A stretch of DNA of 64,000 bases. Origin: Macrostomum lignano (Eukaryota). The translations under genes were made by a program, and so were the position numbers. The notes below the pieces were generated by a model. It did no database searches, had not been told where the DNA came from, and saw only the letters and a program-made list of their open reading frames with translations. Below are positions 36,801-50,000 of this stretch, in pieces; position 1 is the stretch's first letter; each line of letters starts with the position of its first letter. Where the stretch lies: contig NIVC01002359.1 of the NCBI GenBank assembly GCA_002269645.1, positions 1 through 64,000 of the forward strand, given 5' to 3'.

Positions 36801-39800
36801 GTTTCCATAGATATTAAACATAGACTGATGAGTTTCTCTAGCATCTCAACTGTTAAGCCTCATCAGCTCTCCCAATTCTCCTGCCAACCAACACAAACAG
36901 AATCCGCGCGCCGGCGCACGTGCTGGAGTACGGCGACACTCGGGTTATCGGCGATTTCTCCGCGAACCAGTCGCATCCGTTCTGCAGCGACCGGCTGTAC
37001 CGCGGCGCCTTTGTCGAGCTGCACCCGGGCGTACTGCACACCCTTCGATCCGAGATTCAATGGATTCGATTCGGCTCCAATCCTGCCGCGCTAAGGCGTG
37101 CTGTGAGCCGGCGGCGACTTGTTGCCGAGGTTATTAGCGTCAAGCCGAGCAGCTTCGAAGTTGATTGGCACTTCTGCTTCCCCTGTCTGACTGTCAGGCC
37201 GCTTGGCGACCTGCCTAAAGAGCTGGAGGCGAGCCGCCTGCTGGCCTGCAATCCCGCCATTGGCAGCGACCGGCCTGCTGTGGTGGACAGACTGACTCTC
37301 GGCTGCTTTGCGTGAGTCCGGGTCTGTCAGCGTGGGTCCAAGTGGGTCAAGGATGCAGCTTCGCGTGAGTCCGTATCTGTCTGCGTGGGTCCAAGTGGAT
37401 CAAGGATGCAGCTTTGCGTGAGTCTGGGTCTGTCAAAGTGAGTCAAGAATGCAGCTTCGCGTGAGTCTGGGTCTGTCAAAGTGGGTCAAGGATGCAGCTT
37501 CGCGTGAGTCTGGGTCTGTCAGAGTGAGTCAAGGATGCAGCTTCGCGTGAGTCTGGGTCTGTCAAAGTGGGTCAAGAATGCAGCTTCGCGTGAGTCTGGG
37601 TCTGTCAAAGTGGGTCAAGGATGCAGCTTTTCGTGAGTCTGGGTCTGTCAAAGTGGGTCAAGGATGCAGCTTTTCGTGAGTCTGGGTCTGTCAAAGTGGG
37701 TCAAGGATGCAGCTTCGCGTGAGTCTGGGTCTGTCAAAGTGGGTCAAGGATGCAGCTTTTCGTGAGTCTGGGTCTGTCAAAGTGGGTCAAGGATGCAGCT
37801 TCGCGTGAGTCTGGGTCTGTCAAAGTGGGTCAAGGATGCAGCTTCGCGTGAGTCTGGGTCTGTCAAAGTGGGTCAAGGATGCAGCTTTTCGTGAGTCTGG
37901 GTCTGTCAAAGTGGGTCAAGGATGCAGCTTCGCGTGAGTCTGGGTCTGTCAAAGTGGGTCAAGGATGCAGCTTCGCGTGAGTCTGGGTCTGTCAAAGTGG
38001 GTCAAGGATGCAGCTTCGCGTGAGTCTGGGTCTGTCAAAGTGGGTCAAGGATGCAGCTTCGCGTGAGTCTGGGTCTGTCAAAGTGGGTCAAGGATGCAGC
38101 TTCGCGTGAGTCTGGGTCTGTCAAAGTGGGTCAAGGATGCAGCTTTTCGTGAGTCTGGGTCTGTCAAAGTGGGTCAAGGATGCAGCTTTTCGTGAGTCTG
38201 GGTCTGTCAAAGTGGGTCAAGGATGCAGCTTCGCGTGAGTCTGGGTCTGTCAAAGTGGGTCAAGGATGCAGCTTCGCGTGAGTCTGGGTCTGTCAAAGTG
38301 GGTCAAGGATGCAGCTTCGCGTGAGTCTTGGTCTGTCAAAGTGGGTCAAGGATGCAGCTTCGCGTGAGTCTGGGTCTGTCAAAGTGGGTCAAGGATGCAG
38401 CTTCGCGTGAGTCTGGGTCTGTCAAAGTGGGTCAAGGATGCAGCTTTGCGTGGGTTCAAGCAAGCACTGACTGAGTGGAATAAACTGTGATTATTTATTG
38501 CTTTACACGCGTTGGTTCTGTACTTTCCCTATAAAGTAAATAGCGAAAATGTCAGAAAGTTTTTTATTCCGATTTTTCAATATTTTTTGCATTGACTCTT
38601 TAAGAGTAGACAGCTTTTACTGTGGCAGGCACTTGTAAAACTTTTGCTAAATTTCTAATGAGTTCATTTTTCAAGAGAGAGACAGAAAGTTACACTTAGT
38701 CCCATTTTTACGGCTTCCCAGAGGTGAATAAATTAATTATTAATTACATTCTGTCATCTCTTAAAAGATGCGCGAATTTACAATCGGCAATTTGAAGCAT
38801 CAATATTTCATTAATCTTCTCTTTCTGGCAGAGCACTGCTGCATGAGTACTGTCCCACTTACTGATTGTTGGATTTGGCTTAAAGCTGATGCTTTATTAT
38901 TACTTCTCCTGTAAAGTCTTCATTTAAGGCGCCGTGTGGATTATTTTTGTTGAGTAGCCAGACTCCCTTTCGGTGGAGCAGCCCCCCCATGGTCCATTGG
39001 TTGAGCAACCCCCCCCCCCTATGGTCCTTCGGTTGAGCCGCCCCATGGTCCTTCGGTTGAGCCGCCCTATGGTCCTTCGGTTGAGCCGCCCTATGGTCCT
39101 TCGGTTGAGCCCCCAATGGTCCTTCGTTTGAGAACCCCGCCCTAATTCTCCTTCGGTTAAGCAGCCCCTCAATGGTCCTTTGGTGCAGTCCTTTTGTTAG
39201 TGTCTTGCGATAAATCAATGTAATTAAGTCAAGTTAGTAAATATGCATATCGGTAGGTCTAATCAGTATGATGTATTTCATGATGCTTATATCGTAGATC
39301 GGACTGCTACACTTGTCTGACAGACAGACGACAGAGAGACACAGACAGGCACTGACAGACAGGCAGACAGACATACACTAAGACAACAGACACTAAGACA
39401 GACATACAAACCGACAGACAGACCGACAGTCAGACCAATTCTATCACAGATATAATATATAATATGATAGTAATAACATAATATAATACAGATGTTTAAT
39501 AACGGCAGTAAAGTCAATAAGTGTTCCTGAGCTGTAGCTGAAATTGATCGACCGTACACAATCGATGATTAATGAATTTCTTATTATAGATCAATTTGAC
39601 AAGCTGAGCGTGCCGGTATGGGATGCATTAAACCGGAACTATGCTGTGTAATGTAATCGACAAGACTCTACAGACAGACTGTAGTTCACTCTCCGCCCCC
39701 CCCCCCAGTTTGCCCAAATCTATCGACCTGGCTAAACAATGACTTAGCTAGAGAGAGTTCAACTTTGTTTAGCTTGAAAACAGCCGCTTGGCTTAGCTTA

Positions 39801-42800
39801 GGCTGGCTAATTTGCACTCTCTGGCAATGGCGTAGTAAAGTAGAGATGGATAAATTAATTAGAATCACGTCGTCAACTGTACTTGAGCAATCTTGTTACA
39901 ATTTGCTATTACTGTAAATGAGCAAAGGACAGAGAGAGTGATCGGTTATATCAAGATTGTTGCGTAAATAACTTTTTTGCGCTACCGAACACTTACAAGT
40001 TAAGCCAAGTGGGCAGCGGTTAGTACGCAGTTAAATAGACAAGATAAAGCTCAGCAGTAAACGTCTCTGACCCTCGCACCAAAGTGCCCTGGGTTCGATC
40101 TGGGGCTTCTGCGCTTCTTGCCCATGAAGGTCAACCACGAGGTACAGTGTGTACATGTCTCATAATGAGAAAGTCAAAGCCGCCGCTGTACACCCTGTGT
40201 GTGCGTGCTCAGGGCTGACTTCTTGCCTCTGCGGTTTAACTGGGTTGCGGTTGTGAATAAAAGCCCCCTGTAAACTGAGCACACTGAGCTGCAGTTCACC
40301 CTGCTGTGGTAGGGTAGCGTAAAAGCCCCCTGTAAACTGAGTACACAGAGCTGCAGTTCACCCTGCTGTGGTAGGGTAGCGTAAAAGCCCCCTGTAAACT
40401 GAGTACACAGAGCTGCAGTTCACCCTGCTGTGGTAGGGTAGCGTAAAAGCCCCCTGTAAACTGAGTACACTGAGCTGCAGTTCACCCTGCTGTGGTAGGG
40501 TAGCGTAAAAGCCCCCTGTAAACTGAGCACACTGAGCTGCAGTTCACCCTGCTGTGGTAGGGTAGCGTAAAAGCCCCCTGTAAACTGAGCACACTGAGCT
40601 GCAGTTCACCCTGCTGTGGTAGGGTAGCGTAAAAGCCCCCTGTAAACTGAGTACACTGAGCTGCAGTTCACCCTGCTGTGGTAGGGTAGCGTAAAAGCCC
40701 CCTGTAAACTGAGTACACTGAGCTGCAGTTCACCCTGCTGTGGTAGGGTAGCGTAAAAGCCCCCTGTAAACTGAGTACACTGAGCTGCAGTTCACCCTAC
40801 TGTGGTAGGGTAGCGTAAAAGCCCCCTGTAAACTGAGTACACAGAGCTGCAGTTCACCCTGCTGTGGTAGGGTAGCGTAAAAGCCCCTTGTAAACTGAGT
40901 ACACAGAGCTGCAGTTCACCCTGCTGTGGTAGGGTAGCGTAAAAGCCCCCTGTAAACTGAGTACACAGCTGCAGTTCACCCTGCTGTGGTAGGGTAGCGT
41001 AAAAGCCCCCTGTAAACTGAGTACACAGAGCTGCAGTTCACCCTGCTGTGGTAGGGTAGCGTAAAAGCCCCCTGTAAACTGAGCACACTGAGCTGCAGTT
41101 CACCCTGCTGTGGTAGGGTAGCGTAAAAGCCCCCTGTAAACTGAGCACACTGAGCTGCAGTTCACCCTGCTGTGGTAGGGTAGCGTAAAAGCCCCCTGTA
41201 AACTGAGTACACTGAGCTGCAGTTCACCCTGCTGTGGTAGGGTAGCGTAAAAGCCCCCTGTAAACTGAGCATACTGAGATGCAGTTCACCCTGCTGTGGT
41301 AGGGTAGCGGCGAGTTGCAACGCCAGAATGTCTCAGGTTACTCCAATGCAACCCGTGTAGTTTTCCCCTTGGAATTTCTACTTTTGACAACCATAATAAT
41401 CTGGCATTATCTCTAAACCCAGGTACTTGAACCTGCGCCAGGATGATCGCGTCTTCCAGGTGGAGCCGCACACCAGCCTCGGCTGTGTCCTATACGAGCT
41501 GATGCTAGGCGGCGAGCAGCGTGCGGCGTCTGAGCAGCTTGTTGCCTGTGAAATTCTGCCAGCAGTCGCGGAGGCGTCCGGGGATGAAACTGACACAGCA
41601 GAGGCGGCAGCGGCGGTCGCAGCGGCCTGCTGTCTAGACGGCGCTGCCGATTTCTCTGCCGATTCTTCCGACGGTGCCGCCGGCTCAGCTCCTCCCGCTG
41701 TTGCCCGCGCCCCCACCCGCTTTCCCGTTTCTCGAAGGCGTCGTGGCGGCGGCGGCGGCGGCGGCGGCGGCTTCGGTCGAAACGGGGGCCGGGGCGATCG
41801 GCGAGTCTCTGATGGCAGAGGCGGCGGCGGCGGCAGAAGCGAAGGCGGCGGTGGCGGCGCAGAAGGGGACGCCGTGCTGCAGGAGCTGCAAAAGCGGGCG
41901 CTGCGCTCGGGCCAGCTGCTAGCGGTGCAGGTGGTGAGCTGCTCCACCCGGGTGGACGTTCGCTGGCAGGACGGCCGACTGCAGACCGACATCTCGTCTT
42001 GGTGAGCGCCGATTTGCCTTTATTTCATTTGTTGATGCGTTTCTTTGTTCAAGCTGGCTTCTGCTACTTTTTTATTTTGTTGAGTGCCGACTTGAAAACT
42101 TCACAAGCAGCTTTTAAATGCCTTTTTCCAATTAGTGTTGATGTATTATTCTTCTTTGGCTTTGAAGTTCGCAAAGTTTCAATTTAGCAGATATTAGCCA
42201 CCTTCCTAATTAGGCATGTTTCTCTTCATTTCGAAACCAAGATAATGTGTTGCTTCAGACCTACACTCCACGTGTTAGTATATGATGTGAATTCACACAA
42301 TCACTCCGTAGCATGCTAATCTCAAATACAGTGTGACTTCACACATTCACTTCACTCCACAGAAAGCTTATTTCAAATACAGTGTGACTTCACACCTTCA
42401 CTCCACAGCACACTAATCTCAAATACAGTGTGATTTCACACCTTCACTCCACAGCACACTAATCTCAAATACAGTGTGATTTCACACCTTCACTCCACAG
42501 CACACTAATCTCAAATACAGTGTGACTTCACACCTTCACTTCGCAGCACACTAATCTCAAATACAGTGTACACACCTTCACTTCGCAGCTAGCTAATCTC
42601 TGTGTGACTTCACACCACTCGACAGCATGCTAATCTCAAATAGTGTGACTTCATACCTTGGCTTTAAATCACTCATCGTCTTACGGTGTGACGTCATGAA
42701 TCTGTATGTGCTTTGCTAACTTTTTACGGCATTTTTCCCCAATTAAAACCAAAAAAACCGACAAACAGCGATCTGGTGCCGTTCGACGATTTCATGGAGA

Positions 42801-43808
42801 GCCAATTCTTTCCTGGCGATTTTGTGCTCAGCAGCCAGCAGCAGCTGCAGCTGGAGGCCGACATCGGCGACGGCTCCAATCCGGCAAGCTCGTCGATGCC
42901 CGATCGCTACGGGCTGGTGCTGGAGAATGACGTCAGGCAGAAGCTGGCCAGAGTGCAATGGTTTCGCGAGGGCCCGGCCGCCTCTACCGCTACCGGCGGC
43001 GCCTCCGAACCGCTTGGCCAGCCCGAGCTAGTGAGCACCATCGACCTAAAGGAGTACCCTATCTATGAGTACAGGCCCAGGACTATCGTGATGCTCAAGT
43101 CGCAGCAGTTAGTGGGCGATCAGCCCGAAGCGGCAGCGGCATCTCCGCCCGGCCCTATCCAGTTAGGCGACGTTGTGCGAGTGGTGCTGGAAACGGTGAG
43201 ACTGCTGTGGGTCAGGGTTCAAATGTTGCTTCGGCGACATCGTTATACAAAACTAGCGCTGAGCCAATCCTGCCCATTCCGCTGACTTCTGAGCACATGC
43301 GAGCGCGTCGGTACTGTACGCAGGCACGTACTCAGGGTGTACAGTGCCCTGACTTTCTAATCATCAGGCATGTACACTGTCTGTGCCTGGGGGAAGGGGG
43401 TTGGCCGGCATGGGTTCGAGTCGCCCGACAACCCCCCGCCCTTCTCCAGCCAATTTTCATGCACAGGCTCCAAATTAAAGTTTAATTTGTTTAATAAATT
43501 ATTAGAGCGCTAAACTCTAACTAATGAGCCAGGTAGTTGTGTCGCGATAGCTAGGTGTTGACCGCTGAGCTGCTCTGCACGAAATAGATAGATGGGTAGA
43601 TGGACAGTTAGACAATGGGTATGTAGATTGATTGATTGATAATCAGGTGGGCAGAAGGACAGACAGGCAGACACTAAGAATAGGCGACAGGTGGCGTCGT
43701 CCGAGCCGGTGGCGAAGGCGTTGCCGCTGGGGAAGAACTGGGATGTTGGGCAGTGCGGGGCGGGTGGGTTGGCGCTGCGAGACAGGGCACTGGACAGACA
43801 GAAAGACT

Positions 43809-43860
<52 letters not shown>

Positions 43861-43911
43861 CTAAGACAGACAGACAGACACTAAGACAGACAGACAGACA
43901 GACAGACACTA

Positions 43912-43945
<34 letters not shown>

Positions 43946-43946
43946 T

Positions 43947-44001
<55 letters not shown>

Positions 44002-47000
44002 GGCAGGCAGACACTGACAGATTGATAGACAGACAGACAGACACTAAGACACAGACAGACAGACAGACAGACACTAAGACACAGACAGACAGACACTAAG
44101 ACACTAAGACGCAGACAGACACACAGACAGACAGACACTAAGACACAGACAGACAGACACTAAGACACTAAGACGCAGACAGACACACAGACAGACAGAC
44201 ACTAAGACCCAGACACACAAACAGACAGACAGGGAGACACAGACAGACAGTAAGACCCAGACAGACACACAGACAGACACTAAGACCCAGACACACAAAC
44301 AGACAGGGAGACACAGACAGACACTAAGACCCAGAGAGACACACAGACAGACAGGGAGACACAGACAGACACTAAGACCCAGACAGACACACAGACAGAC
44401 AGGGAGACACAGACAGACACTAAGACACAGACAGACAGACAGACACTAAGACCCAGACAGACACACAGTCAGACAGGGAGACACAGACAGACACTAAGAC
44501 ACAGACAGACAGACAGACACTAAGACCCAGACAGACACACAGACAGACAGGGAGACACAGACAGACACTAAGACACAGACAGACAGACAGACACTAAGAC
44601 CCAGACAGACACACAGACAGACAGGGAGACACAGACAGACACTAAGACACAGACAGACAGACACTAAGACCCAGACAGACACACAGACAGACAGGGAGAC
44701 ACAGACAGACACACAGACAGACAGACAGACACACAGACAGACAGACAGACACACAGACAGACAGACAGACATTGACACAGATACTTCAGAAATAGATTGA
44801 TCCACTTGGAATACGTAGTGTAAAAACTGGTAATAAAAGTTTCATTCAGTTTCATTCTATTTCATCGCTAAATCAGCTGTTAGTGTCAATGCAAACTGAT
44901 CTTCAAAGAGACCGGGAATTCAACTTGTTTCTTAAGCTAATAACCGCCCCCACTACCCCAGTGTAATTCTTCTTTTTTTGTTTGCCGAAAATCCGACATA
45001 TATTTGAGGATGGGAACTCTGCTGCCTACATATGTGCTTCAACCCCCCCCCCCCAGTGATTCGCACTTCCTGCCTCCGTCTATTACAGTTGTTTGCTCAA
45101 CAGCATACGCAATAGCTTATTATAACTACAAAGCTGTTGCAGTGTGCGGGCTAGGCTGTCAGTGGAACAGTTTCTGTGTCTTCATTTTCTGGTTTTATAG
45201 CATTCCATATATGTTCTATAAAAGAGCGCGTTAATAAAATTACTTTTCGATACATATCGGTATAATCATTACCTAACTATAAGTCTATTTAGGCCTATTC
45301 TAGCTTGTATGCAGTCTTATTATGTATCCTAGCGAATCACTTCTTAATAAAGTGTGCTTTCGATACATATCAACAGGGCAAAATTCGTGTCGCCTGGTTA
45401 GACGGCCAAGAGTCGGATCTGTGGCCCAGCGAGTTATTTAGTTTAGAAGGCCTTCTCAGTGGCGGCCCGGAGCAACGCTCGGCTAGCGAGTCTTCGAGCT
45501 TTTTCAACAATTTCGAAGCTGACTCGGACGATAACGAATCCTGGGAGACGGAGAGCGAAGAGACCGCTGAGCCTGACGAGGCTGACCGAGTAGGCATTGT
45601 TGTTCAAGTCACCAGCGGCGGGGATGTAGTTGCTATGGCTACAGAGGGAGACGACGAGATGGGCGGAGTGGCTACTGCCGCCAATTCGAATTGCTGGCTG
45701 CCGCACCACGCCTCCTGCTCGGATGAGTGGGCCTGCGCTAGACAGGTGGGTTTTTATAGTCTGTCGCAGTCTGTAATTGCTGTCACTGTGATTTTTGCAG
45801 TCTGTAGTTGCTGTCACTGTGATTTTTGCAGTCTGTAGTTGCTGTCACGGTGATTTTTGCAGCCTGTAGTTGCTGTCACTGTGATTTTTGCAGTCTGCAG
45901 TTGCTGTCACTGTGATTTTTGCAGCCTGTAGTTGCTGTCACGGTGATTTTTTGCAGTCTGTAGTTGCTGTCACGGTGATTTTTTGCAGTCTGTAGTTGCT
46001 GTCACTGTGATTTTTTGCAGTCTGTAGTTGCTGTCATGGTGATTTTTGCAGCCTGTAGTTGCTGTCACGGTGATTTTTGCAGCCTGTAGTTGCTGTCATG
46101 GTGATTTTTTGCAGTCTGTAGTTGCTGTCACGGTGATTTTTGCAGCCTGTAGTTGCTGTCACGGTGATTTTTTGCAGTCTGTAGTTGCTGTCACGGTGAT
46201 TTTTTGCAGTCTGTAGTTGCTGTCACTGTGATTTTTTGCAGTCTGTAGTTGCTGTCATGGTGATTTTTGCAGCCTGTAGTTGCTGTCACGGTGATTTTTG
46301 CAGCCTGTAGTTGCTGTCATGGTGATTCTTTGCAGTCTGTAGTTGCTGTCACGGTGATTTTTGCAGCCTGTAGTTGCTGTCACTGTGATTTTTGCAGCCT
46401 GTAGTTGCTGTCACTGTGATTTTTGCAGCCTGCAGTTGCTGTCACTGTGATTTTTGCAGCCTGTAGTTGCTGACACGGTGATATTTTGCAGCCTGTAGTT
46501 GCTGTCACTGTGATTTTTTGCAGTCTGTAGTTGCTGTCATGGTGATTTTTGCAGTCTGTAGTTGCTGTCACGGTGATTTTTGCAGTCTGTAGTTGCTGTC
46601 ACGGTGATTTTTGCAGCCTGTAGTTGCTGTCATGGTGATTTTTGCAGCCTGTAGTTGCTGTCACGGTGATTTTTGCAGTCTGTAGTTGCTGTCATGGTGA
46701 TTTTTGCAGCCTGTAGTTGCTGTCACGGTGATTTTTGCAGTCTGTAGTTGCTGTCACGGTGATTTTTGCAGTCTGTAGTTGCTGTCACGGTGATTTTGCA
46801 GCCTGTAGTTGCTGTCACTGTGACTGTCGCAGCCTGTAGTTGCTGTCATACCGGCTGTCACGCAGGCTGTCACAGCATCCATCGCACTCTGTGCCTTCTA
46901 TATGCTGCTGTCCTATGCTGCCGCCATTTTAGGTTGGTGTCCAGCTCAGGGAGCCGCTGCGACTCATTGCCGACTGCCTACGCGAGGCTGTAAACGCAAA

Positions 47001-50000
47001 TGCCTGTCGTACGGTAACATCAACAGTAGTGCACAGCATCCACCAGGCGCTGGACACCATCCTGCTAACAGCCCACGGCCTGCGCACCCAGCTGCACGAC
47101 CTGCGCTCTCGGCCGTCCTGCCTGTGCCGCAATGCCACAGCTAGTCAGCGCCAGGCTCTGCTGCAGTTCTCCAGCCACCTGCGGCACCTCACCGCCGACA
47201 CCGGCTGCCTGGAGGCCTTCACCGATCCGGAGGCCATGCCGGACAAGCTGGCGCCGTTGCGTCACGCGCTCACTCTGCGCCGTCCCGACGAGCAGCTGCT
47301 AGTGGATCAGCAGCAACGCGTTGTGCCAACATTTGTGCCGAGGGTGTCCAATCCGCTGTCCGACTCGCTTAGGCGCCTGTGGCAGTCGGCCACCAGCCTG
47401 ATGCGGGCCGGGCCCGACTTGCCGCCTGCTGAGCTGGACACTGACGCCCAGTTGGACGTGCCAGATGTGCGTTTGATTTGCCAGTCTGTCTGGACCTTCT
47501 GCTGTTTGTTTGTTGCTTATTGCATTTCCATTCGAGTTCAAAGCTGTAGTTTGGGACCGATCTTTGTTCGTATTCATCTGAAGGATTCTTTGGAGATTAA
47601 GAATTTTAGTTTTGAGGTTTGGATTCTTAGTTTTGAGGTTGGGATTCTTAGTTTTGAGGTTGGGATTCTGAGGTTGGGATTCTTAGTTTTAAGGCTGGGA
47701 TTCTTAGTTTTTGAAGTTGGGATTCTTAGTTTTGAGGCAGGGATTCTTAGTTTTAAGGTTGGGATTCTTAGTTTTGAGGTTGGGATTCTTAGTTTTTGAG
47801 GTTGGGATTCTTAGTTTTGAGGTTGGGATTCATAGTTTTGAGGTTTGGATTCTTAGTTTTGAGGTTAGGATTTTAAGTTTTAAGGTTGCGATTCTTAGTT
47901 TAGAGGTTGGGATTCTTAGTTTTGAGGTTGGGATTCTTAGTTTAGAGGTTAGGATTCTTAGTTTTAAGGTTGGGATTCTTAGTTTTGAGGTTGGGATTCT
48001 TAGTTTTTGAGGTTGGGATTCTTAGTTTTGAGGTTGGGATTCATAGTTTTGAGGTTTGGATTCTTAGTTTTGAGGTTAGGATTTTAAGTTTTAAGGTTGC
48101 GATTCATAGTTTTGAGGTAGGGATTCTTAGTTTTGAAGCTGGGATTCTTAGTTTAGAGGTTGGGATTCTTAGTTTTGAGGTTGCGATTCTTAGTTTAGAG
48201 GTTGGGATTCTTAGTTTTGAGGTTGGGATTCTTAGTTTTAAGGTTGGGATTCTTAGTTTTGAGGTTGGGATTCTTAGTTTTTGAGGTTGGGATTCTTAGT
48301 TTTGAGGTTGGGATTCATAGTTTTGAGGTTGGGATTCTTAGTTTTGAGGTTAGGATTTTAAGTTTTAAGGTTGCGATTCTTAGTTTAGAGGTTGGGATTC
48401 TTAGTTTTGAGGTTGCGATTCTTAGTTTTGAGGTTGCGATTCTTAGTTTTAAGGTTGGGATTCTTAGTTTTGAGGTTGCGATTCTTAGTTTTAAGGTTGG
48501 GATTCTTAGTTTTGAGGCTGGGATTCTTAGTTTTGAGGTTGGGATTCTTAGTTTTAAGGTTGGGATTCTTAGTTTTGAGGCTGGGATTCTTAGTTTGAGG
48601 TTGGGATTCTTAGTTTTGAGGTTAGGATTTTAAGTTTTAAGGTTGCGATTCTTAGTTTTGAGGTTGGGATTCTTAGTTTTGAGGCTGGGATTCTTAGTTT
48701 TGAGGCTGAGATTCTTAGTATTTGAGGTTGGGATTCTTAGTTCTTGAGGTTGGGATTCTTAGTTTTGAAGCTGGGATTCTTAGTTTTTGAGGTTGGGATT
48801 CTTAGTTGGAAGATTGGGATCACTAGTTTTATAAGCATTTTAAGGGGTGGATTTTTATGATTTGTTTGTTTAAACCTTACTAATTTTGATTAAATTTTTG
48901 TTGTTTTGTTTCTATATTGATATTGATGTCGCTGTGGTGGGGTCCGCACGTTCAATGTAGAATTGAGCATTGAATTTCAACCCGATGTCTGGACTTTAGT
49001 AAGATAAAAGATGCATATAAAGACATAATTTCTGATCCAGGCTCAATGATAAAACCGCTCCTGAAGGGTATAGCAAGCTTGTCAGAGAGCGCATCGGTTG
49101 CAAAGAAACAACAATTCACAGGACTAACCAGTAATGGTTTAGAATCGATTCATCTGTAATTAAATACACTCCAGCCGAGATGAGTAACAAAGAATGCTTG
49201 AAACGGATTAATGTCGGAATCGGCTGCCTTGAATGCGAATCAGTATTGGATTGATGGGCGCATTTGTTAGTTAGCTAACTAATTCCATAGCTAAATTGCC
49301 TGCAGATAAAATGGCTATGAATAAACTAATGAACTGTTTTGATTCTTTCCAAGCATTGCATACTATTGTCTTCAAACAGCTGTGCCCCTCTGAAGCTTCT
49401 AGGTATTCCCCTCTGGCGCTTCTAGTATTCCCCTCGGGAGCTTCTAGTATTCCCCTCGGGAGCTTCTAGTATTCCCCTCTGGAGCTTCTAGTATTCCCCT
49501 CTGGAGCTTCTAGTATTCCCCTCTGGAGCTTCTAGTATTCCCCTCTGGAGCTTCTAGTATTCCCCTCTGAACCCTCCAGCATTCTCCTCTGAACCCTCCA
49601 ATATTCCCCTCTGAACTCTCTAGTAATTCCCTCTAAACCCGCTAGAGCAACTCTGGAGAATGGTCTATTTATTCTTGCTTAGCAATCTACTTTTTGAACA
49701 ATAAAAATCATAATAAATAGCTCTTTTTATGGCTAACGCACACTTATCTTGCTCGTTGATATACACCTGTACATAACAGACCATGTTCTGTCGTTGTGCA
49801 TACTAGTACGCTCATATATGCATATCGTACTGGGTTGGCCGGCTGTCTTGTTGCATTAGCGAATCGCAGGTCAACGCACTGGACTCCTGTCCTATGTGTA
49901 TAAATATACTCCAATAGATTGCGGCTTTTTCAAGCCTCGTATTCAATGCATCCTATCTCTGGTGATCCATATCGAGTCTACTTTAGGTCACTTTCATTCT

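Noticed and set aside
36085-41310. CRISPR-like arrays (34-, 43- and 62-bp repeats)
   Set aside because: The units are directly tandem with no unique spacers, there are no cas genes, and the context is eukaryotic introns.
43290-43380. Hammerhead-ribozyme-like string on the minus strand (TACATGC-CTGATGA-tta-GAAA...CTC-GCATGTG)
   Set aside because: Stem II cannot form (3 nt, no G-C closing pair), stem III is poor, and the CTGATGA core is not kept in sister copies (CTGATAA, CCGACAA, CTCATAA). A plain hairpin explains it better.
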